Of a stretch of 64,000 bases of DNA, positions 12,897-25,808 are shown one piece after another. Made by a program: the position numbers and the translations under genes. Source of the DNA: Octopus sinensis (taxonomy: Eukaryota); assembly GCF_006345805.1 (NCBI RefSeq), contig NC_043004.1, positions 77,376,001-77,440,000 of the forward strand. The letters run 5' to 3'. Each line of letters opens with the position of its first letter. The first letter of the stretch is position 1. A model generated the notes under the pieces. The model was not told the DNA's origin. It was given only the letters and a program-made list of their open reading frames with translations, and searched no databases.

Positions 12897-13309
12897 AGTA
12901 GTGATACAAGGCCACCAATGTTTACTGGAAATAGTAGTAAAGCTTTATTGTGTACATACTGGCAACGAAAATTTTTCGTTGTTCTCAGTCTGTTAACGGC
13001 TAGGCGTTCAGGTGAGTATACTGGCATTGATATAGCAGCATTTGAAATATTGCCCGGGTAAATCTAGCTGAAGAAGACTAATCAAATTTACGATAACAAA
13101 CGTATATGAAGAGTCCGAAACCTAGGTGCTAGATTATCCGATTCTGGGTTGCCCATTTATCTAATGTTCTTCCTAGAGGTAAGACAAAAAATTTTATGTT
13201 CGCTGCCCTCAAATGTCTTTGCCAGTATATACACATTGAAGCTTTACTATAGCGTCGTATATGCATCAACTGCTATTTCCAGTAAACATTGGTGCCTTGA
13301 ACCACTACT
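12897..13309. mobile_element. MITE with imperfect long TIRs
   Basis: agtagtgatacaaggccaccaatgtttactggaaatag at the left end; ctatttccagtaaacattggtgccttgaaccactact at the right end. Confidence 0.7.
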
Positions 13310-13477
13310 ATATATATGTGTGTGTGTGTGTGTATATATGTTTGTGTGTGTGTGTGTGTGTGTATGTATGTACATATATATATTATACACACATATATAT
13401 ATATTACTTATATCATTATTTAATTGAACGCCAGGCATCCATTTCCAAGTAAGTTTATACATATATATTCTTTTTTT

Positions 13478-13884
13478 TTACTCTTTTACTTGTTTCAGTC
13501 ATTTGACTGTGGCCATGCTGGAGCACCGCCTTTAGTCGAACAAATCGACCCCAGGACTTATTCTTTGTAAGTCCAGTACTTATTCTATCGGTCTCTTTGG
13601 CCGAACCGCTAAGTGACGGGACGTAAACACACCAGCATCGGTTGTCAAGCGATGTTGGGTGGGGGGACAAACACAGACACACAAACATATACACACATAC
13701 ATATATATATATACATATATACGACAGGCTTCTTTCAGTTTCCATCTACCAAATCTACTCACAAGGCTTTGGTCGGCCCGAGGCTATAATAGATGACACT
13801 TGCCCAAGGTGCCACGCAGTGGGACTGAACCCGGAACCATATGGTTGGTAAGCAAGCTACTTACCACACAGCCACTCCTACGCC
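13478..13884 (-). mobile_element. SINE family A, full length
   Basis: Head ggcgtaggagtggctgtgtggtaag with B box ggttcagtccc, CORE-like ccttgggcaagtgtc, central microsatellite, tail gaaacaagtaaaagagtaaaa. Confidence 0.9.
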
Positions 13885-13936
13885 TATATATACATATGTG
13901 TGTGTGTGTGTGTGTGTGTAATTATATATATATATA

Positions 13937-13998
<62 letters not shown>

Positions 13999-14467
13999 AA
14001 CTATTCTAGTTTATTTAGAAGGCATATTGACCATCTTGAAGCCCACCACCGGTATGCAAAATGTCTGGACGAGTTGAGTTGTTTCTCGTACATCTCAGAA
14101 GATTCGCTGGTCGCCCACTTCAATATGTCTGTTCCTGTCACTGACAACATCTTGAAGGTTGTCATCCACTCATTGAGCAAGGGTGACAAGCAGAGCAAGC
14201 AGATGTCGTTGTTAAAGATATAACTGTTTGAACTTAAAATTCAAGCCACAAATGTCACTAGTAAATCAACGAGGGTTTTCATCGATGCCGCCAGGGCAAA
14301 GATAGTTGAAGCTAGACACGGAGTAGCCCCTTCTACGTCATGTCTGTGGCAACGAATATATTTTGTAATCGTATGTGACAGTAATTTGTGTGTGAGTGCG
14401 TTGCTTGAATATCGATGGTCCCCACTCTGCCGTTATTTATAAAAGTAAATTTAGACATAGGCACATA

Positions 14468-14872
14468 CTGTGTAGTAAGAAGTTTGCTTCTCAACCACAT
14501 GGTTCTGGGTTCAGTCCCACTGCGTGACACGTTGGGCAATTGTCTTCTATAGCCTCGGACCGACCAATGCCTTGTGTGTGGATTTGGTAGACGGAAACTG
14601 AAAGAAGCCTGTCGTGTGTGTGTGTGAGAGAGTGATCGTGTGCGTGTGTGCGTGTCTTTGTGTCTGTGTTTATCCGCCCACCACAGCTTGACAATCGGTG
14701 TTGGTGTGTTTACGTCCCCGTAATTTAGCGGTTCGGTGATAGGGACGTTAGACTAAGTACTAGGGTTTAAAAAAAGAGTCCCGAGTTTGATGTGTTCGAC
14801 TAAAAATCATTCAAGGCGGTGGCCCAGCATGGTCGTAGTCAAATGACTGAGACAAGTAAAACAATAAAAGAA
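14468..14872 (+). mobile_element. SINE family A, near full length
   Basis: Same head, core, central (TG)n and tail arrangement as other family A copies. Confidence 0.85.
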
Positions 14873-15385
14873 TATATATATATATATAAGTTCAGCAAAA
14901 TTTAGATTCAGATGCATATGGTACTTAAGTTAAAGGCACCAGAATTTTGTATGGTATTATCCATATAAATAAAATGGGGTGATTATAATCAAAATAAGCA
15001 ACAAGGATATCCAAGGTAGTGTAGTACAATTATTTCATGCTACTTCATTTTATTAAACACTGTAAGCATTACATCAGTTTTAAAATGTCGAGCAATCTTC
15101 AGCCACATATAGAATTTTCCAATTAAACGGACAATACACATTCTTATACTTATTTCATTTGCCAACATTACAGAGAGGGTAGATATATAGACAGAGAGGT
15201 TAATTTCATCATTAAGAACATGGTGGTAGTATGTTCTTCTCTGTCTGTAGATTTTTTATCACTGAGTTCACTTTGTTATTTAGATCTATTAGTGGGGAGG
15301 GGTTTTCTATTCCTGGTTGAATGGAGACAAACAAGAATCTTTTCTATTTATAGATAGAGGAAGGAGTAGCACAAATGTCAAAACC

Positions 15386-15416
<31 letters not shown>

Positions 15417-16484
15417 ATTGGACCATATGGTGGAATGGCCAAGTAAATAAGATATTGTGTATCTCCCTCCCAAAATAAAAAGAGCTAACCAGAACAGAGA
15501 TGCTGAAAACAGAACCAGTCCCTATGATAGTAGATGCTTTGAGAATGATAAACTACTTTCAGATAAATGCATAAACAAGACGCCAGAAGATATAAGAATC
15601 ATACAGAAAATACAGGTTTTGTCACTGAGCGATAAGCCTTCTCTTCCCATGGATATATTAAGAGGTACTGATCGCAGAGAATTCGTAATTGGAATTTCTT
15701 TCTTAGTTTGAGAAAGTAAGCAAAACGTGGCGGTAATTGTGGACGACAATAAAGAAATGGGGAGATAATTTCAAGAAAATAAAAAAAAAATCTCTGAAAG
15801 TTTGTTTATATTTAGTTTTTGTTTGCAATCGAGGTAAGCTATAGACATGTTTCACCCTATTCGACCTCATCGGAATAGTACAACCGATCAATTGATAAAG
15901 GATTCAACGAATAATTTTGCGGAAGTATAATTTTCAAAGTTTTTAAAAAAATACAATGAGCTAAGGGAAACAACTCAAATTGACCAATGCATGAATTTTC
16001 AAAACTTAGTTTAGGTATAATGTACCAAAGTATATTGATAAAAACTAATAGACCGAGAAATCAAACTTTCCTTCCTCTAAGCACGCAAATTAATTTTGAG
16101 ATTAATCAAGAATTTCGTGCGTGCGTCATTCACTCCATCACCCCTTAACTTTCATTTGTCAGTGGAATTAAGCTTTATTTGTCAGCAATTAAAGGCAAAC
16201 ACTGTAACGTTGATACCGCCATTAAATTTCTACTTACATTTTCTTCTTTTTTTCGCATCCATTTTCCTTTAATTCGCTCAAATTTTTCCTTTTTATTCAC
16301 GCAGTCTTCTCTATTTTCCCAAACAACCTGGTCAACACAGCTAATATCATTTCTTTTTTTCTTGCTTATATTATATCATTTTCTTAGAACAGCTTCTCTG
16401 CATCACTTGCGATCTGTGTCTATCTTCAAAATATCATAACAGGAATATGTACGTCTCAGATTATGTATCTATATATCTGTCAAT

Positions 16485-16735
<251 letters not shown>

Positions 16736-16737
16736 AA

Positions 16738-17005
16738 TATACAAAAATCATCAGGACAACTACGTGATACAAAAAAGGACAACAAAGTCTAGATAGACGA
16801 TACAAAAGAAACAAGGACGAGTCATTCGAAGCTTTCTATCCTCAGTCAAGAACCAGATCATCCTCGTAATTTCGGCTGATTAATCTTGAGATTACTCCAA
16901 TCTGGCCAGCCCCAAGGAAAACTAAGCTAAGAGCATCAGATTCCTTGGAAGAAAGCATCGAATGTATACGAAAACAAGGACGGAAAACAGACGATGTTAC
17001 ACTAT
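16738..17005. repeat. Dispersed repeat, probably a Penelope-like pseudo-LTR fragment
   Basis: ggacaactacgtgatacaaaaaaggacaacaaa recurs inverted at about 57275-57350; family assignment is inferred. Confidence 0.4.
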
Positions 17006-17081
17006 ATACAATATACATACAATAAAAATAATAATAATAATAATCTATATATATATATAATATATATATAAATATATAGAA

Positions 17082-17112
<31 letters not shown>

Positions 17113-17113
17113 A

Positions 17114-17282
17114 GGCGTAGGAGTGGCTACGTGGTAAGTAGCTTGCTTACGAACCGTATGTTCCAGGTTAAGTCCCACTGCAGGCACCTTGGACAAGTGT
17201 CTTCTACTATAGCCTCGAGCTGACCAAAGCCTTGTGAGTGGATTTGGTAGATGGAAACTGAAAGAAACCCGTCGTATATATG

Positions 17283-17350
<68 letters not shown>

Positions 17351-17540
17351 TCCCCACCCCAACATTGCTTGACAACAGATACTGGTGTGTTTACATCCCC
17401 GTAACTAAGTGATTCGGTCAAAGAGACCGATATAATAAGTACTAGGCTTACAAAGAATAAGTCCTGGGGTCGATTTGTTCAACTAAAAGGCAGTGCTCCA
17501 GCATGGCCACAGTCACATGACTGAAACAAATAAAAGAGAG
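17114..17540 (+). mobile_element. SINE family A, full length
   Basis: ggcgtaggagtggct head through gaaacaaataaaagagag tail, with central (TA)/(TG) array. Confidence 0.9.
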
Positions 17541-18003
17541 TATAATATATACATGCATATATACATACACACACACACACACACACACATATGAATGGAC
17601 ATATGTGTGTGCGCTTCATTAATAACAGTAACTAAGATCCACATGATTTAAAGTTTCGTAGGGGCGTGGGACAAGTCCATCTCTTCAGATGCTCAGAGTC
17701 AGTCGCAGATTGTGTGACTGTGTGGAGGTGTGGAGGTGTGTGGGTGTGTATGTGTGTGTATACACACACCCATACACATATCGACATGTCTACCTGCTAG
17801 AATTCCTAAATTCATTTGTTTCTAACAGTATATCACTTCGTACACTTACTTTTATATCTATCTCTATATATATGTGTCTGTGTGTGCGTGTGCGTGTGCG
17901 CGTGTGTGTGTGTGTGTGTGCGTGCATATACATACACACACACACATATATATGTGTGTGTGTGTGTGTGCGTGTGTGTGTGCATATACATACACACATA
18001 TAT

Positions 18004-18058
<55 letters not shown>

Positions 18059-18608
18059 CACCACTTCACATCGTCTTGGCTTAACAACCCTCACCGTTTG
18101 TTTTTACTGTTTTGTTCTTACTGTCCTGTTTTTGTTACCACTTTCACCCTCCGCAAAAAAATCCCAGATTTTATTTAATTTGCTTTGCGGGAAGGACTTT
18201 TAACGAAGTCGCGTCATGTCCCTACCTTCGACACGCGGAGTAAATAAAATAGGGGACAACTGATGAAGGGAATGTTCTTTATGTTGCTTGTCTCGTTTCT
18301 CTATTTGTTTCTTTCTTTCGTTGTCCGTAAAAAGTTCGTTTTCTATGTTTTTGTTTTTATGTTCTCGTTTCTCATTCTGTCCATATTTTTTTGATGTCCT
18401 GTACCCATAGATGCATGTATATATGCATATATATGAAGGTATGTACATATATGTATGTATATAAGCATATATTTATATATTATTTATATTATTATAGGAT
18501 CGAACGCCACGCATCCATTTCCAAGTAAGTTTTATCTGTCTATCTATCTATATATATGTGTGTGTGTATACATATCTACATATACACCTTTCACTCTCTC
18601 TTTCTAAG

Positions 18609-18640
<32 letters not shown>

Positions 18641-18662
18641 ATATAGTGTGTGTGTGTGTCCA

Positions 18663-18706
<44 letters not shown>

Positions 18707-19034
18707 CTCCTCTCCTCTCTCTCCTCTCTCTTCTCTCTCTCTCTCTCTTCAACGTTACCGTGATTTACAATATCAACCTGCGGTTACCCTATCAAATACA
18801 CTTTTCAATCTTTTCGGTTAGAAATGAGACAGGTTGACAGACACACAGACAGACAGCGAATGATAGCATGCTGAGAAACCGTAAAAGAAGCGACAGATGG
18901 GTGGGATTTAGTCGGGTCTTGTTTTGTTGCCTGCTGCTGATGCTGCTGAAGGTTCTACTGCTGCTGCTGATGATATGATGATGATGATGATTCGTTTATT
19001 TCTTTATTGTTGCTGTTTGCCATTGTTGTTGCTG

Positions 19035-19087
<53 letters not shown>

Positions 19088-19547
19088 GTTATAGGCGGTG
19101 GCGGAGTTGTTAATACAGGAATTGAAAATTGTACCCAAATAAGACAAACAACAAAAGCAAGAGGAAAACACTGAATAAATTAATAGATAACAAAAAGGGA
19201 GACTATAATGAAGTGGGGTACTTGAAGCGGAACTGAACGTGAACGTTGCTGCGGCAGTAGGCAAGTGCTGGAGAGAGAGACAGGCAGGAACTGTAAAGCC
19301 AGTCACGAGAGCGTCGCTTATTGTGTCTGAAGTGGAGTGGTGCACAATAATAGCTTTTTGCCGGCGAAGGCAGGGCACAGTGGAAGTTAAAAAACACAAG
19401 CATATGGACGTATAAAACACCCAACGACATACACACGCACACGCACACGCACACACACGCGCACTTACGAGCATACATATTCAGACATAGGCATAACACC
19501 GCCGCAATGAACGCTTACACACAAAGACACACACACACATGTATGTG

Positions 19548-19629
<82 letters not shown>

Positions 19630-19635
19630 TAATAT

Positions 19636-19682
<47 letters not shown>

Positions 19683-20112
19683 ATGTATATAGTATGTAAA
19701 TATGTATAATGTATGTATATATATATATATGTATGTAATGTATGTATGTATGTATGTATGAGGTATACATTGACACAGTCTTGTTAATAAATAACTTATC
19801 ATTACACACACAAATGACTATATGCATGTATAATCTATACAATGAAGATATATGCTTTTCGGGCTGATATACATATAAATACACACGTGCATACATGTGT
19901 ATACACACATATATATATATACATACCTGTATAAAAATATATATATATATGGGTGTGCGTATGTATGTATGTGTGTGTGTGTGTGCACATATTATATGTA
20001 TATACAGGATATATATACACATACTTTTATACACTCTCACATACGTAAGTAGACACGCATATATGTATACATACCTATATATATATATATATATATATAT
20101 CTATATATATAG

Positions 20113-20186
<74 letters not shown>

Positions 20187-20192
20187 ATATAT

Positions 20193-20223
<31 letters not shown>

Positions 20224-20561
20224 ATAGAATGTACGTTTAATACTGTCGGCTCCAGCTTGTATTCGAACATTGGGTTCGTCAGTTTCTATCCAGTCCTCTC
20301 AGCAGATGCTTGTGCCGAACGTGACTTCGGAGTCCAAGTCGGTGGTGAAAGAGTCGTGGGCAGAATTCGCACAGGATGGTCAGTGAGGCTCGCTGCGATA
20401 TAAATATCGCAGTAAAATCCGTTCAAACAGACAGCCATGTTAAAGTGGCTACGAATATTACTTGTCAATACAACTACTGCGTTGATATCTTAAGGAGATT
20501 TTAGAATTAGCATTTTTGCGTCTTGCAAAATCAGCGAATGTGTGTTCACTTGAAATATATA

Positions 20562-20644
<83 letters not shown>

Positions 20645-21070
20645 TATTGCGAGCAGAAGCGAGCTACTATCATCTCTCGCTGACGAGGTGTCCAGTACTG
20701 AGGAGTGGCAAAAATAATCCGAAACCAGACCTGGTCGCTAGAAGGTGATAGAGGTTCGCTCTCCTGCACGCAATTTATCGGATGCAGCTGTGCAACATTA
20801 ACCAGCTAGAGGAGATGTCCTCTTGGAGTTAAAAAAATCGCAGTAGAGTCCGTTCGAACGGACAGCCATGTTAATGTGGGTACGAATATTACAGATCGAA
20901 ACATTTCCAGTGTAACTGCTCGAAATGGTCGTGACTTCTGGGACCTTTTTTTTGCCTCTCCTGCTAATTGTTGTTTCTCTCATCCGCCAATGTATCATCT
21001 ATCTGTTCGAGTGTTTTAATGCCTTCTATTGCGTTTTTGCTCCATTTTTATATTTACATATATATACTCG

Positions 21071-21460
21071 TTACTCATTTACATGTTTCAGTCATGTGAC
21101 TGTGGTCATGCTGAAGCACCGTCTTTAGTCGAGCAAATCTACCCCAGGATTTATTCTTTGTAAGCCTAGTACTTATTTTATCGGTCTATTTTGCCGAACC
21201 GCTAAGTTACGGGGACGTAAACACACCAGTATCGGTTGTCAAGCGATGTTGTGAGGACAAACACAGACACAGAAACACACATATATACATATACATATAT
21301 ACGACAGGCTTCTTTCAGTTTCCGTCTACTAAATCCACTCACAAGGTTTTGGTCGGCCCGAGGCTATAGAAGACACTTGCCCGAAGTGCCACACAGTGGG
21401 ACTGAACCCGGAACCATGTGGTTGGTAAGCAAGTTACTTACAACACAGCCACTCTTGCGC
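21071..21460 (-). mobile_element. SINE family A, full length
   Basis: Reverse complement of the family A sequence, head to tail. Confidence 0.9.
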
Positions 21461-21834
21461 ATGCGTGTGTGTGTGTGTGTATGCGTGTGTATGTATTCTG
21501 CACATTCATGTGTTTGTGTGTGCATGCTTGTGTTGTGTGTGTGTGTGTGTGCGCGCGCGCGTGTGTGTGTGTGTGTGTGTGTGTTGTGTGTGTGTGTGTG
21601 TGTGCTTCTGTCTCCTTACATGTGTGTGTTTGAGTGTATCTATGGGTTTGTGTGACTTTTGTTTGTTTCTATTAGAACTTACCTGGAGATAAACAACTAC
21701 GACAACACTATCGTTATCATCAACAATAAGAAACCAATGAAAGAATACAAAATTAAAAGAATCTAAATTCAGAATTATCAACAAGCAACATCTATTAAAA
21801 ACTCTATTTCCAAACATAGAACATCTTTATATAT

Positions 21835-23075
21835 AAACAAGCAGAGATACCCGGCGTTGCCCGTGTTGCATGCAATTGAAGAATTAGACTTTTCTGTTAT
21901 ATTTTCTGTAATGAACTGGAATATCTATGTTTCGAATTTCATCAAAATTGCACATGAGGGTTATTTCCCTCTTTACACACCCTAAAAAAATTGTAATCGT
22001 GCCACATGTATCCCATACTACTGATTTTTATGCGCATATTCCAAAATTTCAGTCTTATTGAACCTGTTAAAAGGATTTTGCTCCTGAAAAATGAAGGTCA
22101 AGGAACTCTAAAATGTGAAAGTTAAGGCCCCTGTTGGGGGTGGGCATCTTAATGTCAACCAGAGAAGTTGAATTGTTGAGAATCTTTTTAACTTGGGTCT
22201 TATATCTATTGTTTGAATTTCTTTGAAATAAGAAATGGTTTGTAAAAGAGAGCAAAGCTACAGGAAACCAAAAGACGAATGATCACAATAAGCAGTCAGC
22301 TGCCAACCCTAGTCGTTACCACTCCCAATGTAGGATTCCCCACCATCCAGGTGACAGGTACAGCTGTAAGATGCATTACGAGTCTATAGCAATTGGAAGG
22401 GCATGACCCAACTGAAATAAACATTAACAACTGTGTGACGTGAGGGCTAAGGAGAAATGAAAGTTGGAGTTTGCAAATGACCACTATACTGATACGTAAC
22501 TGGACAGAATAAATTTAAAATCTATAAATGTCTTTGAATAACCAGTCACTCATCTGGGAAGGCCTTGAAGTCAATGTTACCATCTGGGGACTATCTCTGA
22601 CCCAGTGATAATAAAAAGACTGAAAGGAGATTTTCAACAAAATAACTTTACTCAACACTTTGCAACTGAATCAGTGGAGGCAAAGATGTCTTTCATTTAC
22701 TTGACAATTTATGCACCACATTACAGAAATCACAATGTAAGTGTATGTCAAAGCAAACTGTTGCACTGTTGTACCATTGAATTAGAAATAATGCTCATCT
22801 TTTATGCTCGGGTGACCCTACAGCTTCCAAGAGTATTTGTCTTTGCTTAGATAAAATGACTAAATTGTGTGTGTTAAGTTCCCATGAAGGGGTCTTTCTA
22901 ACTTGTAAGAAGATGAAATTTTATACATATTACTTCATTTGTGTCTAATATCTATGGTTAAAATTTCATCAACAGCAAAAATATATGAATTGTCATGGGG
23001 GTTATGGCCCTTATGCATAGAATATAATTTCCAAATTTTGTAAAGATCCATTCAGTACTTTTGACTTATATATAT
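21835..23075 (+). mobile_element. Putative non-autonomous Helentron-associated (HINE/DINE-like) element
   Basis: 5' end aaacaagcagagatacccggcgttgcccgtg with a short hairpin; internal repeated aatatctatg...aatttcatcaa blocks (about 21920 and 22947); ends in ttatatatata. Confidence 0.5.
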
Positions 23076-23125
23076 ATATATATATATAACCCCAATGGAG
23101 GCCTTAACTCCCAAATTTTAGTAAG

Positions 23126-23193
<68 letters not shown>

Positions 23194-23468
23194 GATGGAT
23201 GGATGGATGGATGGATGGATGGATGGATGGATGGATGGATGATGGATGGATGGGTGTGTGGGTGGATGGATGGATGGATGGATGGGTGTGTGGGTGGATG
23301 GATGGATGGATGGATGGATGGATGGATGGATGGATGGATGGATGGATGGATGGATGGGTGGATGGATGGATGGGTGGATGGATGGATGGGTGGATGGATG
23401 GGTGGGTGGATGGATGGGTGGGTGGATGGATGGATGGATGGATGGATAGATGGGTGGATGGATGGATG

Positions 23469-23544
<76 letters not shown>

Positions 23545-23550
23545 TAGATA
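23126..23550. repeat. Compound microsatellite (GATA)n-(GATG/GGTG)n-(GATA)n
   Basis: Directly visible. Confidence 0.95.
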
Positions 23551-23645
23551 TATATATATACAGGCACACACAAATACAAAGATTAATTGATAGATACAAC
23601 TGAGTGGGAAGACAAAAATATGAGACACAGCCTAGTGCTTTTTTA

Positions 23646-23948
23646 TGTTGATAAACCTGGTACTTATTCTACTAGTTTGTTCTTGTGAAACCAGTAAGTT
23701 ATGGGGATGTAAATAAACGAACACCAGTTGTGAAACAGTGATGAGGGAGAAACACAAAGACTTACATATATACATACATATACATACAATTGATTTCTTT
23801 CAGTTTCTGTCTTCAAAATCCACTGACAAGGCTTTGGTTGATATGAGGCTATAGCAGAAGACACATGCCAAGTTACCACACAGTGGGACTGAACTGAGGG
23901 CCATGTGTTTTGGAACCAAGTTTGTTACCATACAGCCACACCTGCACC
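23646..23948 (-). mobile_element. SINE family A, degenerate
   Basis: ttctttcagtttctgtc...gtgggactgaac...catacagccacacctgcacc. Confidence 0.7.
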
Positions 23949-24061
23949 TATGTATGTGTGTATGGGTGTGTGGTGTGTGTGTGGGGGGGGTATGTGTGCA
24001 TGGGTATATATATGTATGCATGTATATATGTGTATATATATGTGTACATAGTACATGTACA

Positions 24062-24096
<35 letters not shown>

Positions 24097-24677
24097 CTAC
24101 ACATACATGTATACATATACATCTATATCTATAGAAATACATCTATACATACACAGCTATACATATACATGTATACATATACATCTATTTATATATACAT
24201 GTATATATGTATATATATATATATATATACATATAAGCTGAGACGATAAGACGTGTTTTTACTCCTCTCTGCGCCGGTCAGCAGCAAGCTTCACAGCTAC
24301 ATTCGTCGTAATTGACCATCACATATATTCCTGTATATTTGAAACCACGCTTTTTCCCAACTCGTGAGTAGACTTTTCCTTAACCACAAACTATTTTCAT
24401 AATTTTCAAACGACCAAATATTTTCAAACACCTTCTGATAACTAAAGGATCACCCACACATTAAAAATTAGAAAAAGAGGGAAAAATAAAAAGAAAAGAA
24501 AAGAAAGATAAAATAACTACAAGCTCATAATTCAAATACAAACTTCTCAGTATTACAACAAACATTCTGTACAATCAATTCTACATACTTCTCCTTAAAA
24601 AAAAATAATAATAATAATTAAAAGTAATCAACAAAACGAACGAACAAAATAAAATTTAATAAAACATATCAACCAGA

Positions 24678-25808
24678 ATGGCTAGCCACCAAAAATCCAA
24701 CAAAAACTGGTCTGATAATGAAGTCGACGTTCTTATCAACACATGGCATGGCCTTACCGAAGCAGAGAGCATAGGTGCTTCGTGTCTGAACGAAATTGCC
24801 AAACGAACAGTTCACCATTTGCAAACTCGATCTGAACAGCAGATACAAAATAAATTAAAACAAATCGAAGTTGCTTTTAAATTAATAAATAAACACTTCG
24901 ATAAACTGAGATGTGTTTTCTCTTCGAACGCATCACCGGCGCAACAACAACAACAACAACCTCAACAACAACAAACTCAGCGGCAACAACAACAACAACA
25001 GCTACAGCAACAACAACAACTTCAGCAGCAACAACCTCAGAGGCAACAACAACAACCTCAACAACAACAACAGGATGAACCACTCCTTGATTCATCTACA
25101 ATGGCCGATTTGCTAAATGAAACGATTGACCCCCCAGTCATCAGGGTCACACAGCAGGAAGCACCACCCCTTCCTTTCACTGCCCCAGCAGCTCAATCAT
25201 CATCATTGTCAACACCATCTCCTCTGCTTCCTACTACTAGTACTACTCCCACTATATATCGACAAACATCTTTGTCTTGGAATCGACCTCCTCAATCATT
25301 ACCACTGTCAACATCTCTTCTACCTACTACTACTACTACTACAGCTACTACTACTAATGCTATCTCAAGGAATTTACCTCCTACAGGTCACAAAGGTCGC
25401 CAAAACTTCAACAAACTATCATCTACACCTTTCACAGCTCACACACACGCACCTACACACCCACTCGAAACCCCATCATTTGCCGATATTCTCTTCGCCA
25501 TAGACTGTGCACTGATAGAGACTGCAAATTCACCCATTTACCTGGAACAAAACGCTCTATCCCCACAAACTACAACAGCAACCACCATAATACAACATCA
25601 CCACAACCACCAATATCTCAAACAAGGAATCCCCAAATCTGCCGCTATTCCCAGCGAGACAGATTGTGTTTGCACAGGGATTGCCCCTTTACCCATCTCC
25701 CGGGGACTCGTCGGACATTTAAAGATAACCACTCACATAAAAATAGCCGCGGCCACAGTCACCTGCGGTTCCCTAGACAGGAAACCACCTCTTCTTCCTC
25801 TTTTTTAG
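24678..25808 (+). CDS. LINE ORF1-like protein: N-terminal Myb/SANT (trihelix)-like domain, polyQ, Ser/Thr/Pro-rich linker; true C-terminus probably in the -1 frame
   Basis: WSDNEVDVLINTW...EIAKR...RSEQQIQNKLKQI (residues 11-63) resembles trihelix Myb/SANT domains; CAA-rich polyQ at 24942-25073. Confidence 0.65.
   Translation: MASHQKSNKNWSDNEVDVLINTWHGLTEAESIGASCLNEIAKRTVHHLQTRSEQQIQNKLKQIEVAFKLINKHFDKLRCVFSSNASPAQQQQQQPQQQQTQRQQQQQQLQQQQQLQQQQPQRQQQQPQQQQQDEPLLDSSTMADLLNETIDPPVIRVTQQEAPPLPFTAPAAQSSSLSTPSPLLPTTSTTPTIYRQTSLSWNRPPQSLPLSTSLLPTTTTTTATTTNAISRNLPPTGHKGRQNFNKLSSTPFTAHTHAPTHPLETPSFADILFAIDCALIETANSPIYLEQNALSPQTTTATTIIQHHHNHQYLKQGIPKSAAIPSETDCVCTGIAPLPISRGLVGHLKITTHIKIAAATVTCGSLDRKPPLLPLF

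Noticed and set aside
24678-25808. Reading this ORF as a host polyQ transcription factor gene
   Set aside because: It runs directly into LINE APE-RT sequence, and the zinc-finger repeat shows that the last part of the listed translation is probably the wrong frame.
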